Part shown: positions 42,690-56,439 of the stretch, piece after piece
Numbering within the stretch: position 1 is the stretch's first letter
How the letters are laid out: each line of letters begins with the position of its first letter
Assembly (NCBI GenBank): GCA_951406725.2
Contig: OX597816.1
Span: 73,346,001 to 73,410,000, forward strand
Direction of reading: 5' to 3'
DNA length: 64,000 nt
Source: Octopus vulgaris
Taxonomy: Eukaryota
The notes under the pieces: generated by a model
What the model saw: the letters and a program-made list of their open reading frames with translations, nothing else
Told to the model about the DNA's origin: nothing
The model's database searches: none
Translations under genes and position numbers: made by a program

Positions 42690-44288
42690 GTCATTTACTT
42701 TTAATCTGCATGTTTGATGCAATCACCTGCCGGGGCACACCCAGCGCCCTAGGGCAAGTGAAGGTTAAGAGTTGTTGAAATATAGCTGAAAGCTTGGGGA
42801 GGGGAAGTAGAGATATATCTCCATGTAATGCAAACACAGACATTTACATTGATAGGGTTTTTCTAAGGATGTGGGCAGTACTTGTTAGCACAATCTTTTG
42901 GATTTCCTTGAGACATGGTTTTCCAGGGATATTGTCCAGGTGTTTCTGACATCCCTTTTTTATCATACCTAGGGCACCTACAATAACAGGAACAGTTTTT
43001 GTTTTAAGATTCCACATCCTCTGTATTTCGATTTCCAGGTCCTTATATTTACTAAGTTTATCAAATTCCTTGACAGATACATTTTTATCAGTGGGGACGC
43101 TTACTTCTATTAGTCTGCAGGTATTTTCTTCCCTGTCTTTAACAATTATGTCTGGTCGATTAGCCTTGATCGTTCTGTCAGTGTTGACTGGAAAATCCCA
43201 GAGGATGGTGACATCTTTACCTTCAACAACTGGCTGAGGATGGTGTTCATACCAGTTAGCAGGAGTGTCGGATTTGTAGTGTTTACATATCTTCCAATGT
43301 ATATACTGTCCTACCCTATCGTGGCGATTTTTGTATTCGTTTGGTGTCAGCACAGGACATCCCGAAACGAGATGGTCTATCGTTTCGTCAAATGTGTCGC
43401 AGAATCTGCATTTAGGGTCAGTACCGTTTCGGAGAACGTTAGCCTGGTAATTTCTGGTAAACAAGCTTTGATCTTGTGCTGCCATTATGAAACCTTCAGT
43501 CTCTGCTTTCAATCCAGAGCTCTTCAGCCACTGATGGGTTGTTGCTTGGTCTACATCAGCATTTTGGCTTCGGAGAATATATTGTCCATGCAGGGGCTTC
43601 TGGCTCCACCGCCTCTCAATTTGATTCTGCCCGTTCTTTTTTGCAGTATGCTTGATTCGCTTTGCTTGCTTGGTAGCAGTGGTTTCCGGCTCTTCATCTG
43701 ATTCAAGGTTAATGTCTAGTTCCCTTTCGAACTTATAAGCTTCCTTGACAATAGAATGCAGCTTTTTGTTGCTTTCGTGTTCGCGCACAAGTCGCAGCAT
43801 CCAGTCCTTTGTACTAGATAGGTACCTGTTCATTCCTACAGTAGAGGTCTTATAGCACAGCTCTAATTGCATCATTCCTCTCCCCCGCTGCTTCTAGGTA
43901 GGTACAAGCGGTCTACATCTGCCTTAGGGTGGTGCATGCTCCTGGATGTCAGTAACTTTCTTGTCTTCCTGTCTAAGCGTTGGAGTTCCGTAAGGTTCCA
44001 GTTAATGATATTAAAACTGTACTGGACTACTGGAAGTGCCAGGGTGTTAATGGCCTCAATGCAATTTTTGGAGTTGAGTTCAGTCTTCAGTACAAGCCTT
44101 ATTCTCCTATAGTATTCCTTTCTTATTTTTTCCTTCATAGTAGCATGATGTATACCATCTCCTTCGTTGATTCCTAGGTATTTGTAACTTTCCTGTGGGT
44201 CAAGTTCCTTGATGGTAGTGTCAATATCTAATTTAACAGAAGCTGTTTGCCTGAGCTTGCCTCTTACAAAAGTTGCTTTAGCACACTT
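42690..44288 (-). mobile_element. 5'-truncated R4/Dong-clade non-LTR retrotransposon inserted in a (TAA)n tract
   Basis: Coding remnant, 3' UTR, and (TTA/TCA)n on both flanks (42620-42690, 44289-44376). Confidence 0.92.
42844..44288 (-). pseudogene. R4/Dong RT C-terminus, CCHC knuckle and REL endonuclease; single frameshift at ~43884
   Basis: YKYLGI, RLYLPR..GG, KPLHGQY, ETEGFIMAAQDQ, CRFC....ETIDHLVSGC, RHD, LWD, RPDI, KLSKYKDL, VPVIVGALG. Confidence 0.95.
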
Positions 44289-44317
44289 TATTATTATTAT
44301 TATTATTATTATCATCA

Positions 44318-44376
<59 letters not shown>

Positions 44377-45145
44377 GCGTTGTTGGTGTTGTTGTTGGAA
44401 GCACTGAAAGTACTTTAGAAATATTAAGATGGCGATCATTATTTGTAATGCTTACCTTGCTTATTCCCTGTGTCTTTGTCCGCCGCACTGCGGTTGCTCC
44501 CTCTCATTCGTTTCAAAACTTCCCTCTCTATACTCAAACACACACTCGTGCGCGCGCGCACACACACACATACACATGCATACACACATACATACATATG
44601 TAAATATATATCACCCTCTCTCTCTCTCTCTCTCTCTCACTCTCTCTCCCATTTACTCTCGTTGTCATTGTTTTGCTCACTACATTATATAAATTCTGTC
44701 GTCAATAGAAAAGTCGAACACAAATGGAATGCTGACATCATTTCAGGGTTGGGGGTGAGAAAAGGAAGAAAAAAGTTGCTGAAGAGAATGGCTGAATTTA
44801 TTCTAATGCTCCGAATGTTTATTTACTAATGCTCTCAAACGCGCATACATACATACACACACACACACAGACACATATGCAAATACACATACACTTACAC
44901 ATTCGCATTTACACTGAGAAGGTACGATTAATTCGTAATCTATAACGCGAAAATGTGAACCGTACTGAAAAGAGCTCCATAACATCCAACATCATCGTTA
45001 AATACCCACATATATAAACACATTCACACATATACACATACATATATATATACAGACATACTTACATACATAATTGCCTGCATACACACACATGTATACA
45101 CACATACATTCATACACGCATACATCTCTCTCTATATATATATAT

Positions 45146-45196
<51 letters not shown>

Positions 45197-45450
45197 CATA
45201 TACAATTTCTTTTTAAAGAAGATGGAATCAACACGCTATAATCACAAAACAATTGTTTCTGCGCAATCGTAACAGCTGATAGTTACTGAGTTTTCCATAT
45301 TGTACTACTTCATAAAATATAATATAAATAATTGCATAAATAAATATGATCCACCAGCAGCTGTATGCTTGCACGTCATCAGGTGAATGGCTTTGACAGC
45401 ACCGCTATCATGTACATATATACATACATTCAGATGCATACATACATATA

Positions 45451-45564
<114 letters not shown>

Positions 45565-46529
45565 GTTTGTTTACGAATATAAAAAAATATAATACTCAGT
45601 GTAGCTTTAAGTGAAATAAACAATGCAAATATGCAAGTTATTGATTATATTTTAAGGTTTTTATGGTTATTGCCCATATATTATGCCTGTTTAGTTATTG
45701 TCATTTTTACAAGTGTAAATATTTGAAAAAGAAATTTTCTGCACGGCATTATATGTAAAGTGAGATGTGATCTTTGCACAGCAGAAAAAAAAATCCACAC
45801 TCTCAAAAACCTACATATTCTTGACGCTGTTTAAATGTTAGAGCAGAAATATTCGGAAAACGCAGATATTTCCAGAAGCCCATACTGCGTGACTTGACTG
45901 TATAACACAAGCTAACTAAACAGACACGGCACCATGCAATATATCGTGAGTGGGGAAGGTTATTTCAACCCATTTGTCGCAATATAGAAGTTAATCATGT
46001 CTTGCCTGCCTGCAGGCATTTGGATTTCTAGAGCATTTTGCAATGACCATTTATGCTTTAGGGTACAAAAAGTTTATACCACTTACCTCCAAAGATCTCA
46101 CCACTGCTTTTTCTTTTCTTTTTCAGAATATGTGATGAAAACTTTTCCAGAATTGATGTGTGGGATATGTCCATATCGTTGAGGAATCTTCTGATTGTTT
46201 GACCTCTCGCCGAACCCGTTTTGATCATTTGAGTCTTAGACTGTTTGGCTTTGTGACAAGGGTTTAAGGTGGAATGCAGGATCATTTGTAATCAATGCCG
46301 ACTCCAAGATGCTGTCTCTCCTTGAAGATTAACGCAAAAAAATTGACAAATTCTATAAAAATATCGGGCTAATCGAACTTGCAGTAATTGAATCTAGTGA
46401 TCAGAAACCAGACTGACCATTTGTTAGTATCCAGAGATGGCCCGTCCACTATTCAGACCTATATATTTCACGGATAAGAATAGCTTTAAGATCTACACCT
46501 ATATGATGAATTCAATATTATACCAGTCT

Positions 46530-46745
46530 TCAAGGCGGTTTATCTGGCAGAATCATTAGCACGCCAGGAAAAATGCTTAGCGGCATTTCGTCCGTCCTTA
46601 TGTTCTGTGTTCAAATTCCGCCCACGCCGATTTTACTTTCACCCTATCAGGGTCGATAAAATAAGTACCAGTGCACTGAAGTCGATGTAATCTACTTAGC
46701 CCTTGACCCGAAATTGTGGTCCTTGTGCCAACATTTGAAGCCAAT
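46530..46745 (+). mobile_element. SINE family A
   Basis: ctggcagaatcattagcacgcc..ttcaaattccg..gggtcgataaaataagtaccag. Confidence 0.85.
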
Positions 46746-46780
46746 ACTACACCAATTTTTTATATTGTTTATCGTTTACT

Positions 46781-46876
46781 CAGAAGAGGAATGGAAGCAC
46801 AGAAGAGGAATGGAAGCATTGAAGAAGAATGGAAACACAGAAGAGGAATGGAAGTACAGGAGAGAAATGGAAGCAC
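46781..46876. repeat. 19-bp minisatellite x5 (cagaagaggaatggaagca)
   Basis: Units start at 46781, 46800, 46819, 46838, 46857. Confidence 0.85.
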
Positions 46877-47197
46877 ACTTCAGGGCGGGCTTCTGAGTCT
46901 GATGGGAGAAGGAACTGAATATTTCTGAGTTGAGACCTGAACAGAATTCTGTTAACAGAATGAGCTCTGTTAAAAACAGTCGAAGATCAGATAATGGTAT
47001 TTAACCTGGAGACCGAATAACAAACACAGACCGTTTCTACTAATACTCTTCCTTACAGTTTCTACCCAACAAATTTCAGTCACAAAGCTTTTGTTGATCA
47101 GCGGTAAGAGTACACTTCCTATGAATCCACTTAAGATCGAGCCTAAAATTCTCTTGTTATAATACAAGCTTCTCAACCTGCTACTGCCTAGAGAATC

Positions 47198-47297
<100 letters not shown>

Positions 47298-47334
47298 TGT
47301 ATGTATGTATGTATGTATGTATGTATGTATGTAT

Positions 47335-47716
47335 GATCGGGTCGTCGGCGACTAAACCGGCAACCCCACCAAGCTTGCTTGGTGAGGAGGGTGTTTATTG
47401 GACTGGACACTCTGCGGGATGAAAAACAAAACCCGTCAAAGGGCGGAGGAACTCTTGAGAGTCAACGGCCATCCGATAATTGTGTTAAGGCTGTATCATG
47501 CGCGGGGACATAGAAATAATTGGACTGAATACCCGATCGCACGGTTAAACCATTGGGAGTGAAAGACTCCTAGCCTTTGTTAGGGCATCCTTCTAGGAGA
47601 AGGTAACTCAGGTAGCTGGGATCACTCCGACATAAAACCTGCGGCTCAGTGGTTACTGATGATGTTGACTTGTTCTTCTTTTCGGATTATAGCTTCTGTT
47701 GCTTAGTGAGTGGGAT
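47335..47716 (+). mobile_element. RTE-type 5' UTR-like repeat (family C) after (TGTA)n
   Basis: Near-identical reverse complement at 60650-61020; gggcatccttctaggagaaggtaactc motif. Confidence 0.75.
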
Positions 47717-47739
47717 GTACGTTTGTATATATATATATG

Positions 47740-48153
47740 CATGTAAATGGTTGATTTTATGTTCACTTATAATAAAAACAATTTTATGATAATCTGACGG
47801 ATTACTTTATACTTTTGTACAAATTTAGTATTCTTAAACAAGAATTTTATTGACAGTGACACCGAATTTTCAGCCAATTAAGTCATCATTGGACTGCCTT
47901 GCAAGTCACTATCGACAATATTCAAGAGATTTATCTATCTATTGTTAAATAGATTGTGGTACATGTGGCTGGGTGGAAAATGTTTAAAGATCAGTACTAA
48001 GACATTTTTCATCACATTTGACGCTAAATTTACGATGCCGGGTGGTTTAAACCAGATTATCTTTTTGTACCCAATTTCTACAGGTTTTTGACTCGTTTGT
48101 TTACAATAGATTCTGAGCGCCAATGTTTCTTCCAACCCGCTCTTTTTAATCAT
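47740..48153 (-). pseudogene. Penelope-like fragment (post-RT linker) with a highly decayed hammerhead-like fold at 47855-47910
   Basis: KKIIWFKPP...NLASNV.K..L.LI.KHFPPSHMYHNLFN resembles the Penelope IIWFNPP..KHFP..H.L.KIFN motif. Confidence 0.75.
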
Positions 48154-49222
48154 TTCCAGTAACTGTTAAGTGTAGTTAGATCTTTACATGATTTTATGCT
48201 ATCATACAAAGAAAACACTGCAACACACACACACATACAAACGCAGAGTTAACTATTTCAATATTAATAATTCATTTATGAATTTTATTAGGTGGGATGC
48301 GGCATATTAAAAAAAGGAGGAGAAGTAAATAAACTGTGATGTGAAAAACCCTCACGTCAGATGTGAATTAAAATTCTCTCGTGAATTAAAACAAAAGTAG
48401 GGCATTTTTTCCGGCTTAACGTTTCGGGTTGAATTTCGTCGAGGTCGACTTTGTCGTTGATCCCTTCGCCATCAATAAATATAACGCGCCGGTCAAGTAC
48501 AATGTAATCGACTGTCCCCTCCCCTAGAACCTTGTTGACCTTGTGTCAAAATTAAACAGAAATATTATAATGATCCTTTTATTGTTCTTGATTTTGTTCT
48601 GGTTGTTGTTGTTGTTGTTGTTGTCATCGTCGTCGTCGTCGTCAGAGCAGTGTTTGCTTGAAACGATATATTTAACGGATACATGCCTTGGGGGATCATA
48701 TTTTTTAGCATCCAATTCTTTTTTCATTTTCTCTCGTTATTTTCTGGGGTTTTTTTTTTGTTACATTCTCAGATCAAATCCCATCAGGGTTGACGGGGAC
48801 TTTTCACCCTTCAGTTCGATGAAGTAATTACAAGTCAAGTAACAGGGGTTACTTCATTCAACTACAACCCTCGCCCCCTTCGTTCACCATCATTATACCT
48901 GCAAACTAACCTTTTACTAATATCAGAAATCCTTTATCATCACCATCATCATCATCGTCATCAACATCGTTATCACCATCAACATCGTCATCAACATCAG
49001 CATCCTAACAACCAGCATTTTCATAAACGTTATCTTTATCATCATTGTCCTCGTCATCCTTATCATCCATATCACCGCCGCCACAATCACATTATCATCA
49101 TCATCATCATCATCATTTGTCCTCCACGTTACCATTGATTTTCTTGATGCGTCTCCTTCATCAATATAAGTTGAAAAAAAAAGAATTCATTTACACACAC
49201 ACACAAACACACACATACACGT

Positions 49223-49276
<54 letters not shown>

Positions 49277-49298
49277 ATGCACACACAAATAAATACAT

Positions 49299-49339
<41 letters not shown>

Positions 49340-49461
49340 GATAGACAGACAGACAGACAGACAGATAGACAGATAGATAGACGGACAGACAGACAGATAT
49401 ATAGATAATTAGATAGATAGATACATACATACATACATACATACATACATACATACATACA

Positions 49462-49495
<34 letters not shown>

Positions 49496-49653
49496 CATAC
49501 ATACATACATGCCTACATATATACATACGTACGTACATACAAAGACAGTCCATGGCTGGAATGCTTTTAATGGCAGGTCAGTAGAATCAAGCCTAGCTTC
49601 AGGCTAATCAGCATGATCAGGTACACAATACCAGAATCTACACCACTACCACA

Positions 49654-49732
<79 letters not shown>

Positions 49733-49977
49733 TGTAAAAAAATGGCCGCTCTCATCGCCGTGCCAATTACAACACCAAAGGCTAAGCATCTATTTAGATG
49801 AAGGAGGCGTGCATACTGCAAATGAAACAGAACGTATTCCCTGAAAGGGCAATGGTTCTGATCCCGCAGCAGACAAGCTGTGATCGAGGTCAATATGGTG
49901 ACAACAAACAGAAAACCTTCTGCCATTTACACTTTGTACGCCATTTTATGTTTTTTAATATGTATATATATATATAA

Positions 49978-50026
<49 letters not shown>

Positions 50027-51051
50027 CGTGTGCGTGTGTGTGTATGTGTGTGTGTGTGTGTGCGTATGTAAGTATCGCATTCATGTATGTACATGTATGT
50101 GTGTGTATTGTATAAGTACGTATGAGTATACATATATGTATATATATATATGCGTGTGTATGTGCATATATACATATATACGTGTGCATAGTGTGTATCT
50201 TTAAGCATCTATCTATCTGGTCCTTATCTGTTTGCTTCTCACTCTCTCTCTCTCCCTCCCTATAGAGAGAAAGAGAGGGAGAGAGGGAGAGAGAGAAAGA
50301 GATTGCCTAAATAAATTCATACATATGTTCATAAATACATACATACATAACATGCATACATGCATACATATCATATACACATAAATAACATACTTGCATG
50401 CATGCATACAAACGTACATTCATCATTTAATCGTTAATGCTATTATTTCGATGTTTTTATTCAACATCTTTCCAATTTTCAATTCTCTTCCTTCGTTTCT
50501 TACCTTCTTCTTTCCTTCCTTGTTTTCCTTCATTATATATATATTTATTTATTTATTAGTATATTTATGCATTTCGCCTCGAGGCAGTCTGAGACTTAAA
50601 TTGGTTCTTAGTTATGCAGCACTTCGCGCAAGCAGTGCAAACGCATCGCGTATTTTTATGGAGATGGCGATGATAACGATAGATGCTTGGAGAAGCAATT
50701 TTAAAACACATTGTCATGATGATGATGATCATCATCATCATCATGACCACGGTGGTGGTGGTGGTGGTGCGTGCGATGATGATTAAGAGGAATGATAATG
50801 ATGTACATGTAATTACATATGCATTGAAACCTATGTACGTATGCATAGATCAATGCAGGTTTATGTAAGCATGTGTGCACAGGATGGGGGATGGGGGATA
50901 TTTTCCCTTTGCCTGATAAAGGAACATAAGGATATACCTTTATATGTGTGTATTGAGGGAAAAGCAGTGCTTTTGACCAGAAAAATATACTGTAATCCAT
51001 ACGTGTATGTATGCATATATACATGTATATGTCGATACATATGTATGTATG

Positions 51052-51091
<40 letters not shown>

Positions 51092-51109
51092 TGCTTGTAT
51101 GTATGTATG

Positions 51110-51167
<58 letters not shown>

Positions 51168-51572
51168 CATTTCAATGTGGAGTATATACCGCTAGCATTG
51201 CCCAAACAACCGGAACATTAGCTTCAAGGTTCATCCAAGGCTGGAACCACGGGCCATACGTCCCCTGCCCAATTGAGGATCACAACATATTGGTACACTG
51301 CGACACAATTTCTTTTCCTCAACAGTCCCTGCCCTGTTTAACATTGTCCCAGAACAGAACAAAGAGGAAAAGGATCCTATCACCTTTAAACGGAGTCTGG
51401 ACAGATTTTTTCAAGGAATACCAGACAAGCCACCCATAACTGGATACAACTCACTTAAACAAGAACAAAACTTGACTTTAAAAAGATTTAGATAATCCTA
51501 TCAGGTGGTGCTATTAAGTTAGACATGGCCTGGACCGATCTTTGGTCGAAACATCGAAGTTTTATCAAGGTT
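51168..51572 (+). pseudogene. 3' end of a CR1-group LINE
   Basis: [18 protein letters not shown]....FKRSLDRFF / [11 protein letters not shown], plus a 3' UTR shared with 7299-7358 and 26668-26725. Confidence 0.75.
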
Positions 51573-51618
51573 TATACATATATATGTATGTATGTATGTA
51601 TATATGTATGTATGTATG

Positions 51619-51660
<42 letters not shown>

Positions 51661-51782
51661 ACCAACCTCCCACACTGCCCCTTAAAATAGTAATCAGCCT
51701 TTATTTAGCTTCACAGAAACGACAAAATGGTAAAACAGGTCAGTTTATCTCAAATTCTTTGTAAACTCCTAAATATATCTCC

Positions 51783-51851
<69 letters not shown>

Positions 51852-52092
51852 ACCAAAATATGACCTTTTTGAACTTATAATTTTCTGTGTATATATATAG
51901 ATATTTCCAAACAAACATGATTTTTAATGAAATCCTAATATTTTCAATCAATTTTCTAATGTTTTCTCTAGATTTTTCCTTGTACGGTGTTTTAACAATT
52001 TTCCCATTATTATCAGAGAATATATATATGTATCGTAATATTTTGCGACAACCAGTATTTAACACAACAAAGCTTTTACAAAGCTTTACATT

Positions 52093-52140
52093 TTACTTTT
52101 GACAATCCTTTTTTCTAAAAAAGTGAAACCGGTCAAGTGA
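52093..52140 (+). ncRNA. Minimal hammerhead motif with U3-A8 core, inside a (TA)n-flanked element (~51850-52180)
   Basis: ttactt|TTGACAA|tccttttttctaaaaaagt|GAAA|ccgg|TC|aagtga. Confidence 0.7.
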
Positions 52141-52175
52141 ATAAACACCTTTTAAAATTGCATTTTCAAACCTTC

Positions 52176-52221
<46 letters not shown>

Positions 52222-52659
52222 GTTGTTGGGAAATAAACATTTTATCACTCACCCTTATTTACACCACATACATATGTCTGTGTATTATATATATTATATA
52301 GATAGATTATATAGATAGATAGGAATAAGAATATACATATATACGTGTGTACAATATATATATATATTAGGCTTTGCTCGGCCTGAGACTATTGTAGAGG
52401 ATACATGCCCAAGGTGCCACACAGTGAGACTAAACCTAGAACCATGTGGTTGGGACGCAAGCTTGTTACCACACATCCACGCATATATGTATGTATGTAT
52501 GTATATATATTGTTTGTTCCTTCTCGAGCCATACCTGACTCATAAGGGCCGGTTTCCTGGTTTCCTTGGCTTATAGGTTTCTCACCTGAACAGTCACTCC
52601 TGGTCACTCAGCTGGCAAAAATGAGTAATCTTACGACGGAATAATGTCCTGTCCAAGAG

Positions 52660-53024
52660 GCAGATGTTTCACTATGTCACAGAATCCAAGAAATCAGTGT
52701 TCATGAGCCTACTCTTGTACTCCTGTATGACCATAAACCTCCAATGACCTTTTTAACCTTTTTCTGCAAGTGGCTAGATATGTAAAAATGAAGAAGTGGT
52801 CATAAATATGTATATGAATATGAGTGGCTGTGTGGTAAGTAGCAGATGTTTCACTATGTCACAGAATCCAAGAAATCAGTGTTCATGAGCCTACTCTTGT
52901 ACTCCTGTATGACCATAAACCTCCAATGACCTTTTTAACCTTTTTCTGCAAGTGGCTAGATATGTAAAAATGAAGAAGTTGGTCATAAATATGTATATGA
53001 ATATGAGTGGCTGTGTGGTAAGTA
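52660..53024. repeat. Near-perfect 182/183-bp direct tandem duplication
   Basis: 52660-52841 equals 52842-53024 apart from a 1-nt indel. Confidence 0.95.
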
Positions 53025-53176
53025 GCTTGCTTACCAACCACATGGTTTCGGGTTCAGTCCCATTGCGTGCAACTTGGGTAAGTGTCTTTTACTATAGCCT
53101 CGGGCCGACCAAAGCCTTGTGAGTGGATTTAGTAGGCGGAAAGTGAAAGAAGCCCGTAGTATATACCTATGTGTGT

Positions 53177-53218
<42 letters not shown>

Positions 53219-53812
53219 CTGTCTGTCTGTCTGTCTGTCTGTCTGTGTGCTGATGCTGGTGTGTTTACGTCCCTGTAAATTAGCGGTTCGGCAAAAGTTC
53301 CGATAGGATAAGTAATACACTTACAAAGAATGGGGTCGATTTGCTCGACTAAAGGATGTGCTCCAGCATGGCCGCAGTCAAATTACTGAAACAAGTAAAA
53401 GAATAAAAGAACATATATATTCGTTTTTTTTGTTCCTTTACTTATTTCAGTCAATTGACTGCGGCCATACTGGAGCACTGCCATCACCCTAGTACTTAAC
53501 TTTTAAGATATGTGCTTATTCTAGCGATCTCTTTTGCCGAATCGTAAAGTTACGGGGATGTAAACACACCAACACCGGTTGTCAAGCGGTGATGGGAGGA
53601 CAACCACAGATACACACACACTCACACACACACACATACACACACACACAACGGGTCTCTTTCAGTTTCCGTCTACCAAATCTACTCACAAGGCTTTGGT
53701 CGGCCTGAGACTATAGTAGAAGACACTTGCTTATGGTGCCACCAGGTGGGACTGAACCCGGAACCATGTGGTTGGGAAGCAAGCTTCCTACCATACAGTC
53801 ATGCCTGTGCCT
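53004..53812. mobile_element. Two near full-length SINE B copies tail-to-tail (53004-53410 +, 53435-53812 -)
   Basis: Head, CORE-like segment, internal (TG)n and 3' tail all mirrored. Confidence 0.9.
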
Positions 53813-54029
53813 ACATGTGTAAGTGAAAAAGAAAAGATCTTGTGCTTAATTTAGAAACAATGATTTAGATAATCTTGAATTAAATAAAGAAATCATCTTC
53901 ATACAATCAGGTGAACCTTGTTTCATGCCGTCCTTGTCCATAAAAGAAAATATCATAAAAGTATTCGGTTTCATAGTACGGTCTTACCCTTCCCCTCAAA
54001 ATTAATGGTCTTGTGCTCATATCAGAAAG

Positions 54030-54297
54030 AATTGAGCTGGCAGAAACATTTGCACGCCGGGCGAAATGCTTAGCAGTATTTCGTCTGCCGTTACGTTCTG
54101 AGTTCAAATTCCACCGAGGTCGATTTTGCCTTTCATCCTTTCTGGGTCGATAAATAAAGTACCAGTTGTGCACTGGGGTCGATCTAATCGACTGGGCCCC
54201 TACCCCAAAATTTCGGGCCTTGTGCCTATAGTAGAAAAGATTATTATTATTATTGTTGTTGTTGTTGTTGTTGCTGTTGTTATTGCTGCTGCTGCTG

Positions 54298-54349
<52 letters not shown>

Positions 54350-55260
54350 CACTACTACTACTACTACTATTATTATTAAGGCGGTGAGCTAGCAGAATGG
54401 TTTGCACACTGGACGGAAATTCACCCGTCGCTACTCTCTGAGGTCAAATTCCACTGAGTTCGACTTTGCATTTCATCCTTTCAGGGTCGATAAAATAAGT
54501 ACCAGTTGAATACTGGGTTCGATGTAATCGACTCGTTCCTTCCCCCAAAATTGCTGCCCTTGTGATAAAATTTGAAACCATTATTATTATTATTATTATT
54601 ATTATCATCATCATTATCATCATCATCATCATCATTATAATTATTATTATTATCATCATCATCATCATTATAATCATTATTAAAGAGGCGAGCTGGCAAA
54701 AACGTTAGGACGCCGGGCGAAATGTGTAGCCGTATTTCGTCTGCCGTTACGTTCTGAGTTCAAATTCCGCCGAGGTCGACTTTGCCTTTCATCCTTTCGG
54801 GGTCGATAAATTAAGTACCCGTTACGCACTGGGATCGATATAATCGACTAAATCCATTTGTCTGTCCTTGTTTGTCCTCTTTGTGTTTAGCCCCCTGTGG
54901 GTAGTAAAGAAATAGGTATTTCGTCGGCCGTTACGTTCTGAGTTCAGATTCGGCCGAAGTCGACTTTGCTTTTCATCTTTTCGGTGTTGATTAATTAAGT
55001 ACCAGTGGAACACTGGGGTCGATGTAATTTCAGGCCTTGTGCCTTTAGTAGAAAGGATTGTTCTTGTTATTATTGCAATATGTATTTGCGTCCCTTTGCG
55101 TTCTGCGTGATGATCTCATCAAGGTCAACTTTTCCTTTCAACCTTCCGGAAGTGATTAAATAAAAATATCAACCAAATGCTGGCGAGGAATGGGGAAGGG
55201 TCCATAAACTGGGGTAAAGCCCTCCACCCAAACTATGCGGCCTTATACCTTTGTCGGAGA
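54030..55260 (+). mobile_element. Head-to-tail cluster of about five SINE A copies separated by (TTA/CTA/TCA)n; another copy at 56192-56407
   Basis: Repeated gagctggcag..gttctgagttcaaattcc..ctttcatcctttc.gggtcgataaa.taagtacc. Confidence 0.9.
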
Positions 55261-56006
55261 CCATTCTCCTTGCTATTCTAAATGTCTTGTAGCATTTAAT
55301 CATTTTCTCTGTTTCACTCTGACTACAAATGATGTCGCGAAAGAAATGATTGTTACGGACAAAATTTACATTGTCACGGATATGTTAAAACGTTTCAACG
55401 AAGCAGTCGCTTTTGTTGTTGTTGTTGTTGTTGTTGTTGTATTTAGTATTGTTTTTCTTCATGTTCTCACACATTACGTGCCTCGTTGTAGCTACTGTTA
55501 CAGACATCTTTAGAGCGAGACTACAAAAGGACGTTATATTGTTAAAAGTTATGTGGCCGCGCAAGCCTTCTTACTTGCTCATGTATTGTTAAGACAAGAC
55601 GTATGATACCCGCACCTTATATCCAACCAAAAGAAAGTCAATGCCCCTTCCTTCTGCCTTGATGTTTAATGGATCGAAATAATAAAAAAAGGGGGAGGGG
55701 TTATGTATTATTTTCTCTGGTAATGACTTTTTGATACAAGACTGGACTCCTTATTTGATTTGCATTTATATTAATTTTTGTAGCTGTTGATGTTTAGGGG
55801 TTGGACTGCATTTATCTAGATGACTGCTAGTTTCATGCAAAGGAGAAAAGAAAGCTCCACTATTTGGGAGGTTATTATTATTATTGGTAGCAGTAGTGAA
55901 GTTCTTGTTGTTGTTGTGATTGTTGTCGTTGTCGTCGTTGTTGTTGTTGTTGTTGTTGTTGTGGTTATTATTATTATCATTATTATTATTATTTTTATTA
56001 TTATTA

Positions 56007-56061
<55 letters not shown>

Positions 56062-56062
56062 G

Positions 56063-56109
<47 letters not shown>

Positions 56110-56126
56110 GATCATTATCATCATCA

Positions 56127-56193
<67 letters not shown>

Positions 56194-56439
56194 GGCGGCA
56201 GGCTGATAGACTCGTTAGCACGCCAGACAAAATGCTTAGCGGAATTTCGTCTGTCTTTACGTTCTGAGTCCAAATTCGGCCGAAGTTCACGTTGCCTTTC
56301 TTCATTTCGGGGTCGATAAAATAAGTACTAGTTGAGCACTGGAGTTGACGTAATCGACTTACCCCCTCTCCTGAAATTTCTGGCCTTGTGCCAAAATTTG
56401 AAACCATTATTATTATTATTGTTGTTGTTGTTATTCAGT

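Noticed and set aside
46781-46876. Regularly spaced repeats as a CRISPR array
   Set aside because: Contiguous 19-bp units with no spacers, in eukaryotic context.
53004-53075. tRNA gene
   Set aside because: A/B boxes belong to a SINE head that continues into SINE body; no complete cloverleaf.
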